Below are positions 1 through 9,555 of a stretch of 40,956 bases of DNA, piece after piece (position 1 is the first letter of the stretch; each line of letters opens with the position of its first letter). The notes beneath the pieces were generated by a model. It was not told the origin of the DNA. It made no database searches and saw nothing but the letters and a program-made list of their open reading frames with translations. The stretch lies in contig CAWJMT010000025.1 of assembly GCA_963844035.1 (NCBI GenBank), forward strand, positions 1-40,956, read 5' to 3'. This DNA comes from an uncultured Gemmatimonadales bacterium. GTDB taxonomy: Bacteria; Gemmatimonadota; Gemmatimonadetes; Gemmatimonadales; GWC2-71-9. Made by a program: the position numbers and the translations under genes.

Positions 1-35
1 TTTTGGCCTAGCAGGAGGGTAGTGCAAGTTGGACC

Positions 36-69
36 CGAGACGCACAGTGGGGAACCACTGTGCGTCTCG
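36..69. terminator. perfect 15-bp hairpin with GGAA loop, probable terminator of an upstream gene
   Basis: cgagacgcacagtgg-ggaa-ccactgtgcgtctcg; U-tract is weak. Confidence 0.55.
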
Positions 70-166
70 TGTCTCAAGGAGGGTGAATGGAGCCCACGCG
101 AGGAGGTCGCTGTGACTGTTCGTTTCTAGGACGCTGTTCCGCGCACCGTACGCCTCCGGCCTGCTG

Positions 167-589
167 GTGGTGGGCGCACTCGCCTGCCTCGCGGGTTGCG
201 CAGGCAAGCAGGTCGTCGAAACGCCGAACACCGGGATTCCCGGCACCAGGTTCAAGGTTATCGCGACCGTTGCGGGCGGGACCCGTGGGATGGATCTCCG
301 GATGTCGGCGACCGTGCGCAAACAGCTCAACGACTCAGGGTGGAAGGGCGTGGCCCGGTACGGGCGGTGGGACACGCGGGGGGAAGCCGTGATGTCGATC
401 TGCGCCGACGGGGACGTCGATGGCGTGCTCTTCGTGGATTACAACCGCCTCGAGCTCGACGACTGTAAGAGCAGGAAGGTCGCGTACGCGATCGACGGAT
501 CACCTGAGAAAGGCGTCGGCATCGATCAGATGATGCAGCGGGTCATGCGGTATCTGCGTGGGGAGCAGGCACCCGCGCCGTCCCAATAG
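167..589 (+). CDS. hypothetical lipoprotein (paralog of 8009..8464); true start may lie slightly upstream
   Basis: lipobox LAGC; aligns by eye with 8009..8464 (NT.IP...FK.IAT.AG, DLRM, GRW, C, VDGV, DC, GS.EKG); AGGAGG at 101-106. Confidence 0.75.
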   Translation: MVGALACLAGCAGKQVVETPNTGIPGTRFKVIATVAGGTRGMDLRMSATVRKQLNDSGWKGVARYGRWDTRGEAVMSICADGDVDGVLFVDYNRLELDDCKSRKVAYAIDGSPEKGVGIDQMMQRVMRYLRGEQAPAPSQ

Positions 590-769
590 CAGCTCGGTCT
601 CTGCGCTGTCCACGTGCCGTCAATCCCCGCCGGTGCGCTAGCGGGTACCAGGCCCTCGCGCTGTAGCTGGTTTCGCCTATCTAGGGCACACGTCCCTCAT
701 GTCCATTCGGGGAAGGCGTGGTATTCCAGCGTCGTTCCGGTGGAATCGGTCCCATCCCCCCAAACGACG

Positions 770-801
770 ATCCCCGCCGAAGCAGGAGCCCCGGCGGGGA
801 T
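770..801. terminator. hairpin between convergent genes
   Basis: atccccgccg (770-779) pairs with cggcggggat (792-801). Confidence 0.5.
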
Positions 802-836
802 TTCGTGGTTATGTCGCTATGCGCAGGTGAAGCGGT

Positions 837-1650
837 TTACTGCCCGATCCGTACCTGGCTCTCGGGGCGCAACACCAGGTCCACGCCCATGAACAGGCTC
901 TTCCAAATGCCCATCATGACGCCGAGACCCAGGGTTCGCTTCCAGACACCGTAATCGTCCACCAGCGATTTCACCGGAATCTTCCACTTGGCAAGCACCC
1001 GCGTCACACCGCCGGCGTCGGGATACCACTTGATGACCTGCCATGACCGGCTTCGTGACGCCGCGCAACGTCCAGGTGCCCATCCCTACGGCCCACGTGG
1101 TGTCGCCTTTGCGGCTCGGGTTTACGATGCTGTCGAGGGTGAACTTGATGTCCGGATACACAGCCACCGAGAGCACGGCGTCTTGCTCGTATTTGTCGCG
1201 CATGGACTCACCGGTGACGATGTCCTTCACGCGGACCGTTACCTGTCCCTGCGCCCCGCGCCACTTCACCGTGTCAGGCAGGGTGACCTGACCCTGAAGC
1301 GCTTCGCTGCAGACGTAGCGGATTCTGCGCCGCGGGTAGAGCGGGACGTTGATCGTGTCGGACTTCTGGTTGAATCCGTGGGCGAGCGTCTTGGCATTGG
1401 AGGCCTCTTCGGTCGTCCAGCCACCGCTGCGACCCTCGCCGGCACGCCAGGAGGGCTCCTGCGGGCACGTGGTGCCCCACAGGTGGGCCATATTGGGGTC
1501 GATCTGCCACCAGGCGAGGCTACCCTTGGAGTCAACCACCATGTGCACCTGGGCCTGCGCAGGCGTGGCAAACGTGGAGAGGAGGCACAGGGACGCAACA
1601 GCGGCGGTGCGCCGCAGCAGCGTCTGAATCGAACGAGAACTCAGTGACAT
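837..1650 (-). CDS. YceI-like periplasmic protein, copy 1 (frameshift near 1040)
   Basis: GGAG then ATG 1650; signal peptide ending AQA; YceI-like motifs VTGESMRD, YPDIKFTLDS, GTWTLRGVTKPV; removing one base continues VIKWYPDAGGVTRVLAKWKIP...FMGVDLVLRPESQVRIGQ*, matching copies 2 and 3. Confidence 0.75.
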
Positions 1651-1670
1651 CGGTCGATCTCCTATGGTGT

Positions 1671-2076
1671 TCATTGCGAGTCGCAAATCGGGTCTTCGGG
1701 GTGCTCTTCGCAGTAGTCCGGGCCCCCGTACACTGTATCGCCCTTCCCACCAATGAGCGCGTAGATCATTCCACCCACGGCAACCGTGATACCCACCGAC
1801 CAGGAGATAGGTGCGCGTCTTTGCGGGCGTCTCCACCATCAACTGCGTCAGCTGGGCAGCCGGCATCTCCTCATACACGCCGTTGATGTACCCAACCAGC
1901 GTGTCGCCAACGACCTGAGGACCGGAAACCAGTACGACGGTCTGGTCCTTTTCGGTGACCCACGCTTTCAGGGGCTTCATTGCATTCAGCTCGTCCATCG
2001 TAACCGTCTTCTTGGTAGTACACGCTGCGCTGGAAAGAGTGGCGAGAAGCAGCGCGCAGACCACGTTCGAACGCAT
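1671..2076 (-). CDS. small lipoprotein with C-terminal TM helix and C-x8-C tail (frameshift near 1792)
   Basis: lipobox SAAC; removing one G gives YLLVGGITVAVGGMIYALIGG...DYCEEHPEDPICDSQ*, ending just before the RBS of the next gene. Confidence 0.7.
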
Positions 2077-2161
2077 TGTGATTGAGCCTCCAGATCAACG
2101 ATCCCCAAGCGATTGGCCAACACCGGTTTTGACGATAACTAACCGTCAATTGGAGGGTCGC

Positions 2162-2176
2162 GCAAGACATCTGCCT
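2162..2176 (-). promoter_or_regulatory. putative sigma-54 (-24/-12) promoter
   Basis: minus strand AGGCAG-atgtc-TTGC keeps GG-N10-GC spacing, ~85 nt upstream of the 2076 start. Confidence 0.45.
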
Positions 2177-2248
2177 GAGGTGCAAGGCGTGGCAGTTCCA
2201 CTATGGAACCGTGCCAGCACAATTGGTCGCTCCAAAACGTCCACGCGC

Positions 2249-4613
2249 TTACGGTCCTCGGAGCGCGTCCAGCATCCGGCGCGCGTTCGCGTTGTTCGGG
2301 TCGAATTCAAGACCCCGTCGAATTGATGCCGCCGCCGGTCCGCGCTCCCCGAGCTGCGCATACGCGCTCGCGAGCGCGAAATGCGCGTTGGCGAGCCCCG
2401 GATCAACCTGGACGGCCTTCTCCAAGGCGGTAACCGCCGCCCTCAGGTCTCCGCCCCTGAGCTCGACGATCCCCAGGTTGGCGTAGGCAGCGGGCTCCCA
2501 GGGATTGATGGCGATGGCCTGGCGGTATGCCTGCCGCGCGCTGTCGAGCGCCCCCTGCTGCATGAGCGCGAATCCCAAGTCGACCAGGACCTGCGGCTGC
2601 CTTGGGCGGAGCGCCAGACTACGTCTGAAGTGCTCAATCGCCTTGCTGTAGTCACGGAGCCTGTTGTACGCCACACCGAGGCTCCGCCACACAGCAGGAT
2701 CGGCTGGCTTGACCTCCAGCGCCTTACGATACGCTGCGAGCGCGCCGTCGTGGTTGCCGCCCGCAAGGAACGCGTCACCTCGAACGCGCAGAACCCAAGC
2801 CCAACGGTTCCGCACGGCGTCGTCCTCGGCCCCGAGGGTCCCAAGCTCGCGCACGAGAAAGCGGCGGACCCCCGGGTCGGAGCCCTGCAGCAGGTGCAGT
2901 GTCGCGAGGGCGAGCGCCTGCACGTCCCGGTCGGGGCTCTTCGCGAGCCGCTCCAGCCCCTCGACCGTCTCACCATCGAACGCGGCCAGGTCCGGGTTCG
3001 CGTATCGCCGAAGGATGCGCCCCAGGCCCGCAATTCCCGCCATCGCGTGTCCATCGACCGTGGACAGGATCGTCCGGGCGGCGCGGGCCGGGTCGCTCAC
3101 GCTGTCGGCCGCAAGCAATCCGGCGACTGGTGCGGCGTGAGGCTTGATCTGGCCGTACCACGCGGTGATCTGCGCCTCGAGCTGCTCAGCGGTGCGACTG
3201 CGATGGCACTGTTGGCAGGCATTCTCAATGCCGAGGCGCGTGTCAAACGCGGGTCGCGGGATCGGGATGGTGTGATCGGATCGGGCGTAGCGGATCTGAC
3301 CTCCCACGCTCGACTCCTGGAGGTACGGCATGTGGCACGAGACGCACCGACTTCCCGGCGACGACGGCGGGTGACGGGTGTGCCGCTCCAGAGACTCGGC
3401 CTTGCTCGCGTGGCAATCCAGACATTGCCCGTCGTCGAACCGGCCGGGCAGGGGAGCGCTGTTGATGTCGCGATACCGCTGGCTGTGAGGATCGTGGCAG
3501 TCGACGCACGTCATCGACCCGTTGAGGTAGCAGTCGCTGGAGAGGTGGCCCTCCTGGTACGCGAACACCCGAGTCCGGCCGTCGGCGTAGTAGATCGAGT
3601 CGAGGACCTGCGGAAGCTTGAGCGAGAAGTGCCCCTCGAGCTGCCTCCCGGGGAGGTATCCCGGCTCGAGAGCGGCCTTCACCGAATGGCATTGGAAGCA
3701 GACCTCGAGCGACTGGTCCTTCGTCAGCGTCGCGAGCGAGCGCATCCCGATATCTGCAGTGGCGTCCATCTTCCCGGATCGCGCGATCTCCACGTGGCGT
3801 CGGCCCGGCCCGTGGCAGGATTCGCAGTTGATGGCCAACGTCGTGTACCGGGTGTCGTAGCGCTGTGGCGACCGAATCAAACGCCACCTCGATCTGGCTC
3901 CCGTGGCACTGCTGGCAGGACTGGAACCGCTCGGAGCTCCCGAGGATTCGGGTAGGCGGCCAGGCGTCGCAGTCGGCCAGGGCGATCGCGGGGGTGACGG
4001 GAATCCACCCGCGATTGCCTGGACGGGCCTGACAGAACCACAGATGCTCCGCCTGCGAGTAGTCAAACGGCAGAAATCGCAGGGTTCCGTCGGGAAACTT
4101 GCTGAACGCCGCCTGCGTCCCGCCCCCCACCATGAAGCCCCCCCCCACGACGGCGTCGACCTGGAACACGACCGTGGGACGGTCTTGCTGCGCCACGGTG
4201 AACACGTACGCTCCGCCGGCGGTGGTCGAGGGGGTAACCACGGCGTCGCGAAACCGCATCGGGCGCCCGTTGAAGGGCCCCTTCGCGAGCGCCGCGGGCG
4301 GCCCGCCGGCGCGTCCGTGCGTGGAGGGCTTCCAGGCGGCGTACTCCGCTGGATGGCATGAGGCACAGGTTTCGGCCCCAACGAAATCGGCCTGCGTGAC
4401 GCTGGCGTCCGGCTCAGGGGGCTTCGGCGCCGGGAACACGATGTGACGGCCGGCGCGGTTGTATGCCATGCGCCCGATGACAACCCCTGCCACGAGCACT
4501 GCAGTGCCCAACGCGAGCAGGCCGGCCTTTCGGAGGGCGCCCGCCCGGAGAGGGGGAGCGGGGGCGGGCGCGGCCTGGGCCGCTCCGGAATGACGCGGTC
4601 GCTTCTTGCTCAT
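2249..4613 (-). CDS. multiheme cytochrome c (8 CXXCH) with C-terminal TPR repeats (frameshift near 3867)
   Basis: N-terminal TM anchor; CASCH, CQQCH, CESCH, CFQCH, CVDCH, CLDCH, CVSCH, CQQCH; TPR motifs (AYRKALEVKP, AYANLG); joins ORFs 3243..4613 and 2249..4483. Confidence 0.9.
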
Positions 4614-5310
4614 CTGTTATCGCGCGACCAGGTAGGCCCCTCGCACCGGCACAGCGTCCGCAGATAGCGCACCAACGACCAGATCTGTTCGCGGGCGAGC
4701 GTGTGCCCGAACGGAGGCATCCGGTTGCTCCGATTCATGATGTAGCCGCCGGCGTAGATCGCATCGAACAGCGCATCATCTGACCTGCGGGACATGTACG
4801 TCGCATCAGCGTGCGCAGTGGGCCGCACCGGAAGGAACGGGGCGTTGTAGCCATCCCCCGCTCCCCGCACCCCGTGGCAGGGCGAGCAGGACCGGGCATA
4901 GAGGACCTCGGTCACCCCGGCCTGGTTGCTGGCCGTCGGACCGGGATCGGGGGCCGGAGTGCGCGGCGATGGGCTCTGGCTTGGCTCCCGCTGAACCAGA
5001 TAACTGGCGATCAGGTCGAGCGTGGCCAGGGTCATCGGTACGCGCGGCATGATCGACGCCTTGGGGGTCACGGATCATCGAGTACACATGATCCGGAGTG
5101 CGCCGCCCCTTCAACTGCGGATAAGCTGGGCCCGATTCGGCCCCCTTCCCCTGCGAGCTCGTGGCATCCGAGGCAGGGCAACCGGTTGCGGAGCATCCAC
5201 TCAGCCTTGGCGACGTCGAAGGGGGACAGCGTGCGAGGGGTCCAGGGCGGCTTGCCGGGCGTGCCCTGGACCGGCACGAGCAGCAGCGCTCCCAGCAGAG
5301 CGAGGGTCAC
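4610..5310 (-). CDS. diheme c-type cytochrome (frameshifts near 5112 and 5057)
   Basis: signal peptide; CLGCH...GPSL...IMP and CSPCHG...RMPPF class I cytochrome c domains; ATGA overlap with the multiheme gene. Confidence 0.85.
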
Positions 5311-5368
5311 GCGCTAACGTTCGCCGAGCCCCTCGGCACGTGTCAACCGCCGGCTCAGGGAGGGCCGC

Positions 5369-5408
5369 AAAAAAGTGCGGGCGCTGGAGCAAAGACTCCA
5401 GCGCCCGC
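5369..5408 (-). terminator. intrinsic terminator after the YceI pair
   Basis: 13-bp stem gcgggcgctggag/ctccagcgcccgc followed on the minus strand by a U6 run (A run 5369-5374). Confidence 0.8.
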
Positions 5409-5432
5409 GCTACCGCGACACGACCGCCGCGG

Positions 5433-6206
5433 TCAGTTGCCGCCCTTATTGCCCTCCGGCAGCACCGGGACGGGGATAAACACGATGTCCGCGCCCATGA
5501 AGAAGTCGTGCCAGATGTTGGTGTTCAACCCGAGACCCAGGTAGTGGAGTTTTGGCGTCATCTGATGAAGCGCCGACGCTGGGACGCGCCACTTGGCGAG
5601 CACCCGCATCCCCTTCCCACTGTGGAACGCCTTCACCACGGCCACCGTCGGTTGCTTGTTATCACGGAACGTGAGGATGCCGATCGCCTTGCCATGCAGC
5701 GTGTCCCCACGTCTTTGCAAACCAGTGAGGCTGTCGAGCGAGAAGGCGATATCCGGGAACTGCGATGTTTGCATGACCTGGTGCATCAGAAGGTCCCGCA
5801 TCGACTCCCCGGTGACGAACGCCTCCCCCTTCACCAGGATGGTGCCGAGCGTCCCACGCCACGTGACGGTGTCGGGGGCGACAACTTCCCCCCGGACCGC
5901 CTCGACGCACGAGGGATAGACGCGGTCGCGGGGGAACAGCGGCACGTTCACCGTGTCGTCCACGTTCGCGTAGCCGTACTTGGGGAGCTTCAGCTTGGGG
6001 TTGATGTACCAGCCGCTGCTTCGTCCCTCGCCCGGTCGCCACGAGGAGTCGCCCGGACAGGTGGTGCCCCAGAGGTGATTCAGATTGGGGCTCATCTGCC
6101 ACCATGCGAGACTGGACTTCGTATCCACCACCCAACGGTTCTGCCCGTGGGCAGCAACTGGCCCGGCCAACATCAAACACCCAAGCAGCAAGAAATAACG
6201 GCGCAT
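5433..6206 (-). CDS. YceI-like periplasmic protein, copy 2 (257 aa)
   Basis: GGAG then ATG 6206 (MRRYFLL...), signal peptide; WVVDTKSS, VTGESMRD, FPDIAFSLDS, GILTFR motifs. Confidence 0.8.
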   Translation of the reverse strand: MRRYFLLLGCLMLAGPVAAHGQNRWVVDTKSSLAWWQMSPNLNHLWGTTCPGDSSWRPGEGRSSGWYINPKLKLPKYGYANVDDTVNVPLFPRDRVYPSCVEAVRGEVVAPDTVTWRGTLGTILVKGEAFVTGESMRDLLMHQVMQTSQFPDIAFSLDSLTGLQRRGDTLHGKAIGILTFRDNKQPTVAVVKAFHSGKGMRVLAKWRVPASALHQMTPKLHYLGLGLNTNIWHDFFMGADIVFIPVPVLPEGNKGGN

Positions 6207-6267
6207 GTCCAGTTGCTCCCCCGGTGCGCACTCCCCCGGTACTATGATGGTGATACTGAAGTTCCCG

Positions 6268-7040
6268 CTAGTTGCTTCCTCTACCCTCCTGCGGGACGGC
6301 CACGGGGCGGAACACGATGTCCGCACCCATAAAGAAGTCATGCCAGATGTTGGTGTTCAGTCCGAGACCCAGGTACTCGAGCTTCGGGGTCATCTGAACC
6401 AGGTTCTTCGCCGGGACGCGCCACTTGGCGAGCACGCGCATGCCGTCTCCGCTGCGGAACGCCTTCACCACGGCGACCGTGGGTGTCTTCTGGTCGCGGA
6501 ACGTGAGGACGCCGATCGCCTTGCCGATGCAGCGTGTCGCCGCGTCGTCTGCAGACCGGTGAGGCTGTCGAGCGAGAAGGAGATGTCTGGGAACTGCGAT
6601 GTCTGCATGACCTGGTGCATCAGCAGGTCTCGCATCGTCTCGCCGGTGACAAACGTTTCACCCCTAACCAGGACGGTGCCGAGTGTGCCACGCCACGTGA
6701 CGGTGTCAGGAGCGACGACCTCGCCTCGGACGGCCTCAATGCAGTTGGGATACACGCGGTCACGCGGAAACAGCGGAACGTTGACGGTGTCGTCGACACC
6801 AGCGTAGCCATACTTGGGGAGCTTGAGCTTGGGATTGATGTACCACCCGCTGCTTCGGCCCTCGCCCGGACGCCACGAGGAGTCGCCCGGACAGGTGGTG
6901 CCCCAGAGGTGATTGAGATTGGGGCTCATCTGCCACCAAGCGAGACTGGATTTCGTGTCCACGGCCCAGCGGATCTGGCCGTGGGCGGCAGTCGCGCCGG
7001 CAAACATCAGGCACCCAAGCAGTAAAGAATAGCGGCTCAT
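6268..7040 (-). CDS. YceI-like periplasmic protein, copy 3; tandem duplicate of copy 2 (two 1-nt insertions near 6526-6550)
   Basis: near-identical protein to 5433..6206; direct alignment shows an extra A and an extra C relative to copy 2. Confidence 0.8.
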
Positions 7041-7185
7041 GAGTCGATTTGCTCCCCGATCGTAAAGTGTTGGACAAAGGCCTTGTAGCAAGGGAATCCG
7101 GCGGCAACACTAGAACTACAGCCACCTCTAGGTTCGCGCAAGTGTTGGGTTTGGGCTATTATTGTAACCCAATCGGGTGGGTTTT

Positions 7186-7246
7186 GATCATACCATAGGG
7201 GTAGGCCGGGAGGCCTTGGATCATGCCATCGGGGTAGGCCGGGAGG
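7186..7246. repeat. 28-bp direct repeat x2, 33-bp period
   Basis: gatcataccataggggtaggccgggagg (7186-7213) vs gatcatgccatcggggtaggccgggagg (7219-7246), 26/28 identical. Confidence 0.85.
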
Positions 7247-7386
7247 GGCAGGAGCCGGCCCCGGGGTCCTCGACAAGTGAGGGAGGACGTAGTACTGTAA
7301 TGCCTCTGATGTAGGGCCAGGCCGGACCAGGACAGTAATCAGGATTGCAATTGCAATTATTAAACACACGCCTAAGGAGGACTAGG

Positions 7387-7928
7387 ATGCGCACGTCTGT
7401 TCAACTCACCCTGCTCGCGGTAGCAGCTCTAGTCGGGGCCGCCTGTCCAGGGCCCGATGCCCTCATCTGAAACGGACACGACACCAGTTTGCGTACACCA
7501 TAAGGGGCGCGAATGTGCTCCCGACGCCCGCCGATACAGTACCGGAGGCGAATGGGACGTTCAATAGCACGAGCCTCGCATACACGTTCAACATTGTTCA
7601 CGCGCCCACGGGCACGATCGATTCGATTGCGATCTACCAGCTGGCGGCGTCCGCGACGAACTGCGCCGTGACCACTTGCTCGACGACCGGTACGCCGGCG
7701 CCGGGCGCGACCAACTCCGTCGCAGCGGTGATCCTGTGCGCCGGCGCGGCCGCCTGCGCGGCGACCAGCGGAACGGGCGTGCTAAATGGAACGGCGACCA
7801 ACGCGTCGGTAAACACTCTGCTGCGCGGCTACGGTGGACAGATGATCGTCTTCACGCAGACGGTTCGCAGCCAGGGCGTGATGCGCGGGACGCCCTACCC
7901 GACTCCGACATCCATCGTAGTGAGTTAG
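7387..7928 (+). CDS. lipoprotein with a divergent CHRD-like domain (frameshift(s) at 7445-7485)
   Basis: AAGGAGG then ATG 7387 MRTSVQLTLLAVAALVGAAC; continues in the frame of ORF 7515..7928; CHRD-like layout (IRGANVLPTP, LAYTF, C-terminal LLRG...IVFT...GVMRG). Confidence 0.55.
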
Positions 7929-7954
7929 GGCTTTCGCGAAGCCAAGACCTGAAG

Positions 7955-7994
7955 CAAGAGAGGCCGGGAGTTGCTCCCGGCCTCTCTTGTCTTT
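7955..7994. terminator. terminator between convergent genes, possibly bidirectional
   Basis: 16-bp perfect stem caagagaggccgggag/ctcccggcctctcttg followed by tcttt. Confidence 0.8.
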
Positions 7995-8008
7995 GGGGGA
8001 ACTATTGC

Positions 8009-8464
8009 TTATGCGCCCTTGGGTTTGCGTTTCAGGTACTTGATCAGGCGCTGGGTCATCTCGGTGAGCCCCTTTTCGGACGACCCGTGGTATTCGAAGG
8101 CCGCCTTCGAGGTCTGGCAGTCGTACATGACCAAGTGGTCATATTGTACGACCACCACGCCGTCCACGACCTGCGCCGAGCCGGAGGTGCAGATCTGCCC
8201 CAGCGCCTCGACCACGCTTTCCCAGCGACCGCCCGCCGCGACCGCATTGATGCCTGCTTTGTTGAGATCTTGACGCACCTGTACCATCATGCGGAGATCA
8301 TTGCGGCCGGTGGCCCCAGCGATCGTGGCGATCGTCTTGAAGTGGTTTGCGGGGATGCTGGTGTTCCAGTTTTCGAAGCCCTTCTTGTTCGACCCCATAC
8401 AGCCACCCAGTAGCAGGGCCGCCGTGGCCACGCAAACGCGGGGGAGGATGCTGGTTCTGCCCAT
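8009..8464 (-). CDS. hypothetical lipoprotein (paralog of 167..589)
   Basis: lipobox LGGC; conserved blocks shared with 167..589. Confidence 0.8.
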   Translation of the reverse strand: MGRTSILPRVCVATAALLLGGCMGSNKKGFENWNTSIPANHFKTIATIAGATGRNDLRMMVQVRQDLNKAGINAVAAGGRWESVVEALGQICTSGSAQVVDGVVVVQYDHLVMYDCQTSKAAFEYHGSSEKGLTEMTQRLIKYLKRKPKGA

Positions 8465-9154
8465 CAGCGGATCACCCGGTACGCTACGGTGATGCTGATA
8501 ATGAGGTCCTGGTGAATGCGCGCCTCCGTCTCGGTCGGGAGGCCTTTGTCGAACTGCGCCTGGGAAACGTAGTCGTCGACATCAAACCGCAGCACGGCCC
8601 GCGGACCTACCGCGGTCCGCACGCCGACGTTGAGCAGAGCAGCGGGCGCCGTGAGACCGGAGGAGTAGTTCGCCCAGACGTTGCCGCTTCGGCTCACAAC
8701 TCCCGAGGCCTGCCCCGACGTAGAAGGACCAGGGGAGCTCGCGTTTCCCCGGTGGAGCTTTGAACAGCAGCGGCGTGAACGCGTAGATCGCGCGAGCCGA
8801 GGCCAGCAGCACGGTGCTCGAGTGGTCGTGCGTGCCCGAGGTGTCGGTCACTGCGACGTCGCTGGGAGAGACATTAAAGGAGGCCGCGAATCCCCAGTGG
8901 TCGGAGGTCCACAGGGTGATGTTGCCACCCAAGGCCGGCGTGCCTTGCAGCCGCTGCTGAAAATACGTGGCCGGCATCGACTTGTCGCCGCTCTCGACGA
9001 GCGCCCCGATCGGGTTGTAGTAGCCGATGGTAAACCCGATATCGGTCTGCTGGGCGAGCCCGGTTGCCGGGGCGAGCATGCCGGTGGCGATGGCCAGCGT
9101 TACCGCAGCTGCGGCGTCGCCGCGCGTCCATGGTCTTGAAATGGTGCACCCCAC
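8464..9154 (-). CDS. outer-membrane beta-barrel protein (frameshift near 8700)
   Basis: signal peptide; amphipathic strands, FYVGAGLG motif; C-terminal ISITVAYRV; joins ORFs 8582..9154 and 8464..8697. Confidence 0.7.
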
Positions 9155-9303
9155 AATAAAGGCGTGGATACTTGGATGGCCCTTGGTCCGACCGGTACCG
9201 GCAGCGAGCGGGTACTATACGGCCCCCTCCATAGTACCAGCAAGGGTGCTCGCGGGTCCCTGGCGCTAGGCGGTATCGATGCGTGGGGGCGGGGTTTGCG
9301 GGC

Positions 9304-9519
9304 CTACTTGTATCGATACGTGATCCGGCCCCGCGTGAGATCGTAGGGCGATAGGTCCACCGCCACGCGGTCGCCCTGCAGGATGCGGATGTAGTTCTTC
9401 CGCATCTTGCCACTCACGTAGGCAAGCACGTCGTGGCCGTTCTCCAGCTTGACGCGGAAAGTCGTGTTGGGGAGGACTTCGCTCACTGTCCCCATCATCT
9501 GTATGGCGTCGCCAGCCAC
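9304..9519 (-). CDS. infA: translation initiation factor IF-1
   Basis: [52 protein letters not shown] signature. Confidence 0.97.
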   Translation of the reverse strand: MAGDAIQMMGTVSEVLPNTTFRVKLENGHDVLAYVSGKMRKNYIRILQGDRVAVDLSPYDLTRGRITYRYK

Positions 9520-9555
9520 TCGCTGCGATTTCTCCTGGCCCGGGGACCCGGCGGT

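Noticed and set aside
817..2076. 419-aa lipoprotein-YceI fusion in the ORF track
   Set aside because: Artefact of two indels; correction gives two genes, the second with its own RBS and signal peptide
2381..3955. Long antisense or alternate-frame ORFs (e.g. 2381..3955, 5022..6332, 13413..14663, 19554..20924, 28437..29591)
   Set aside because: Shadow ORFs of real genes in high-GC DNA, with no recognisable domain of their own; 19554..20924 only contributes the frameshifted hydrolase N-terminus at its end
7186..7246. CRISPR array
   Set aside because: Only two units separated by 5 nt; no spacers and no cas genes
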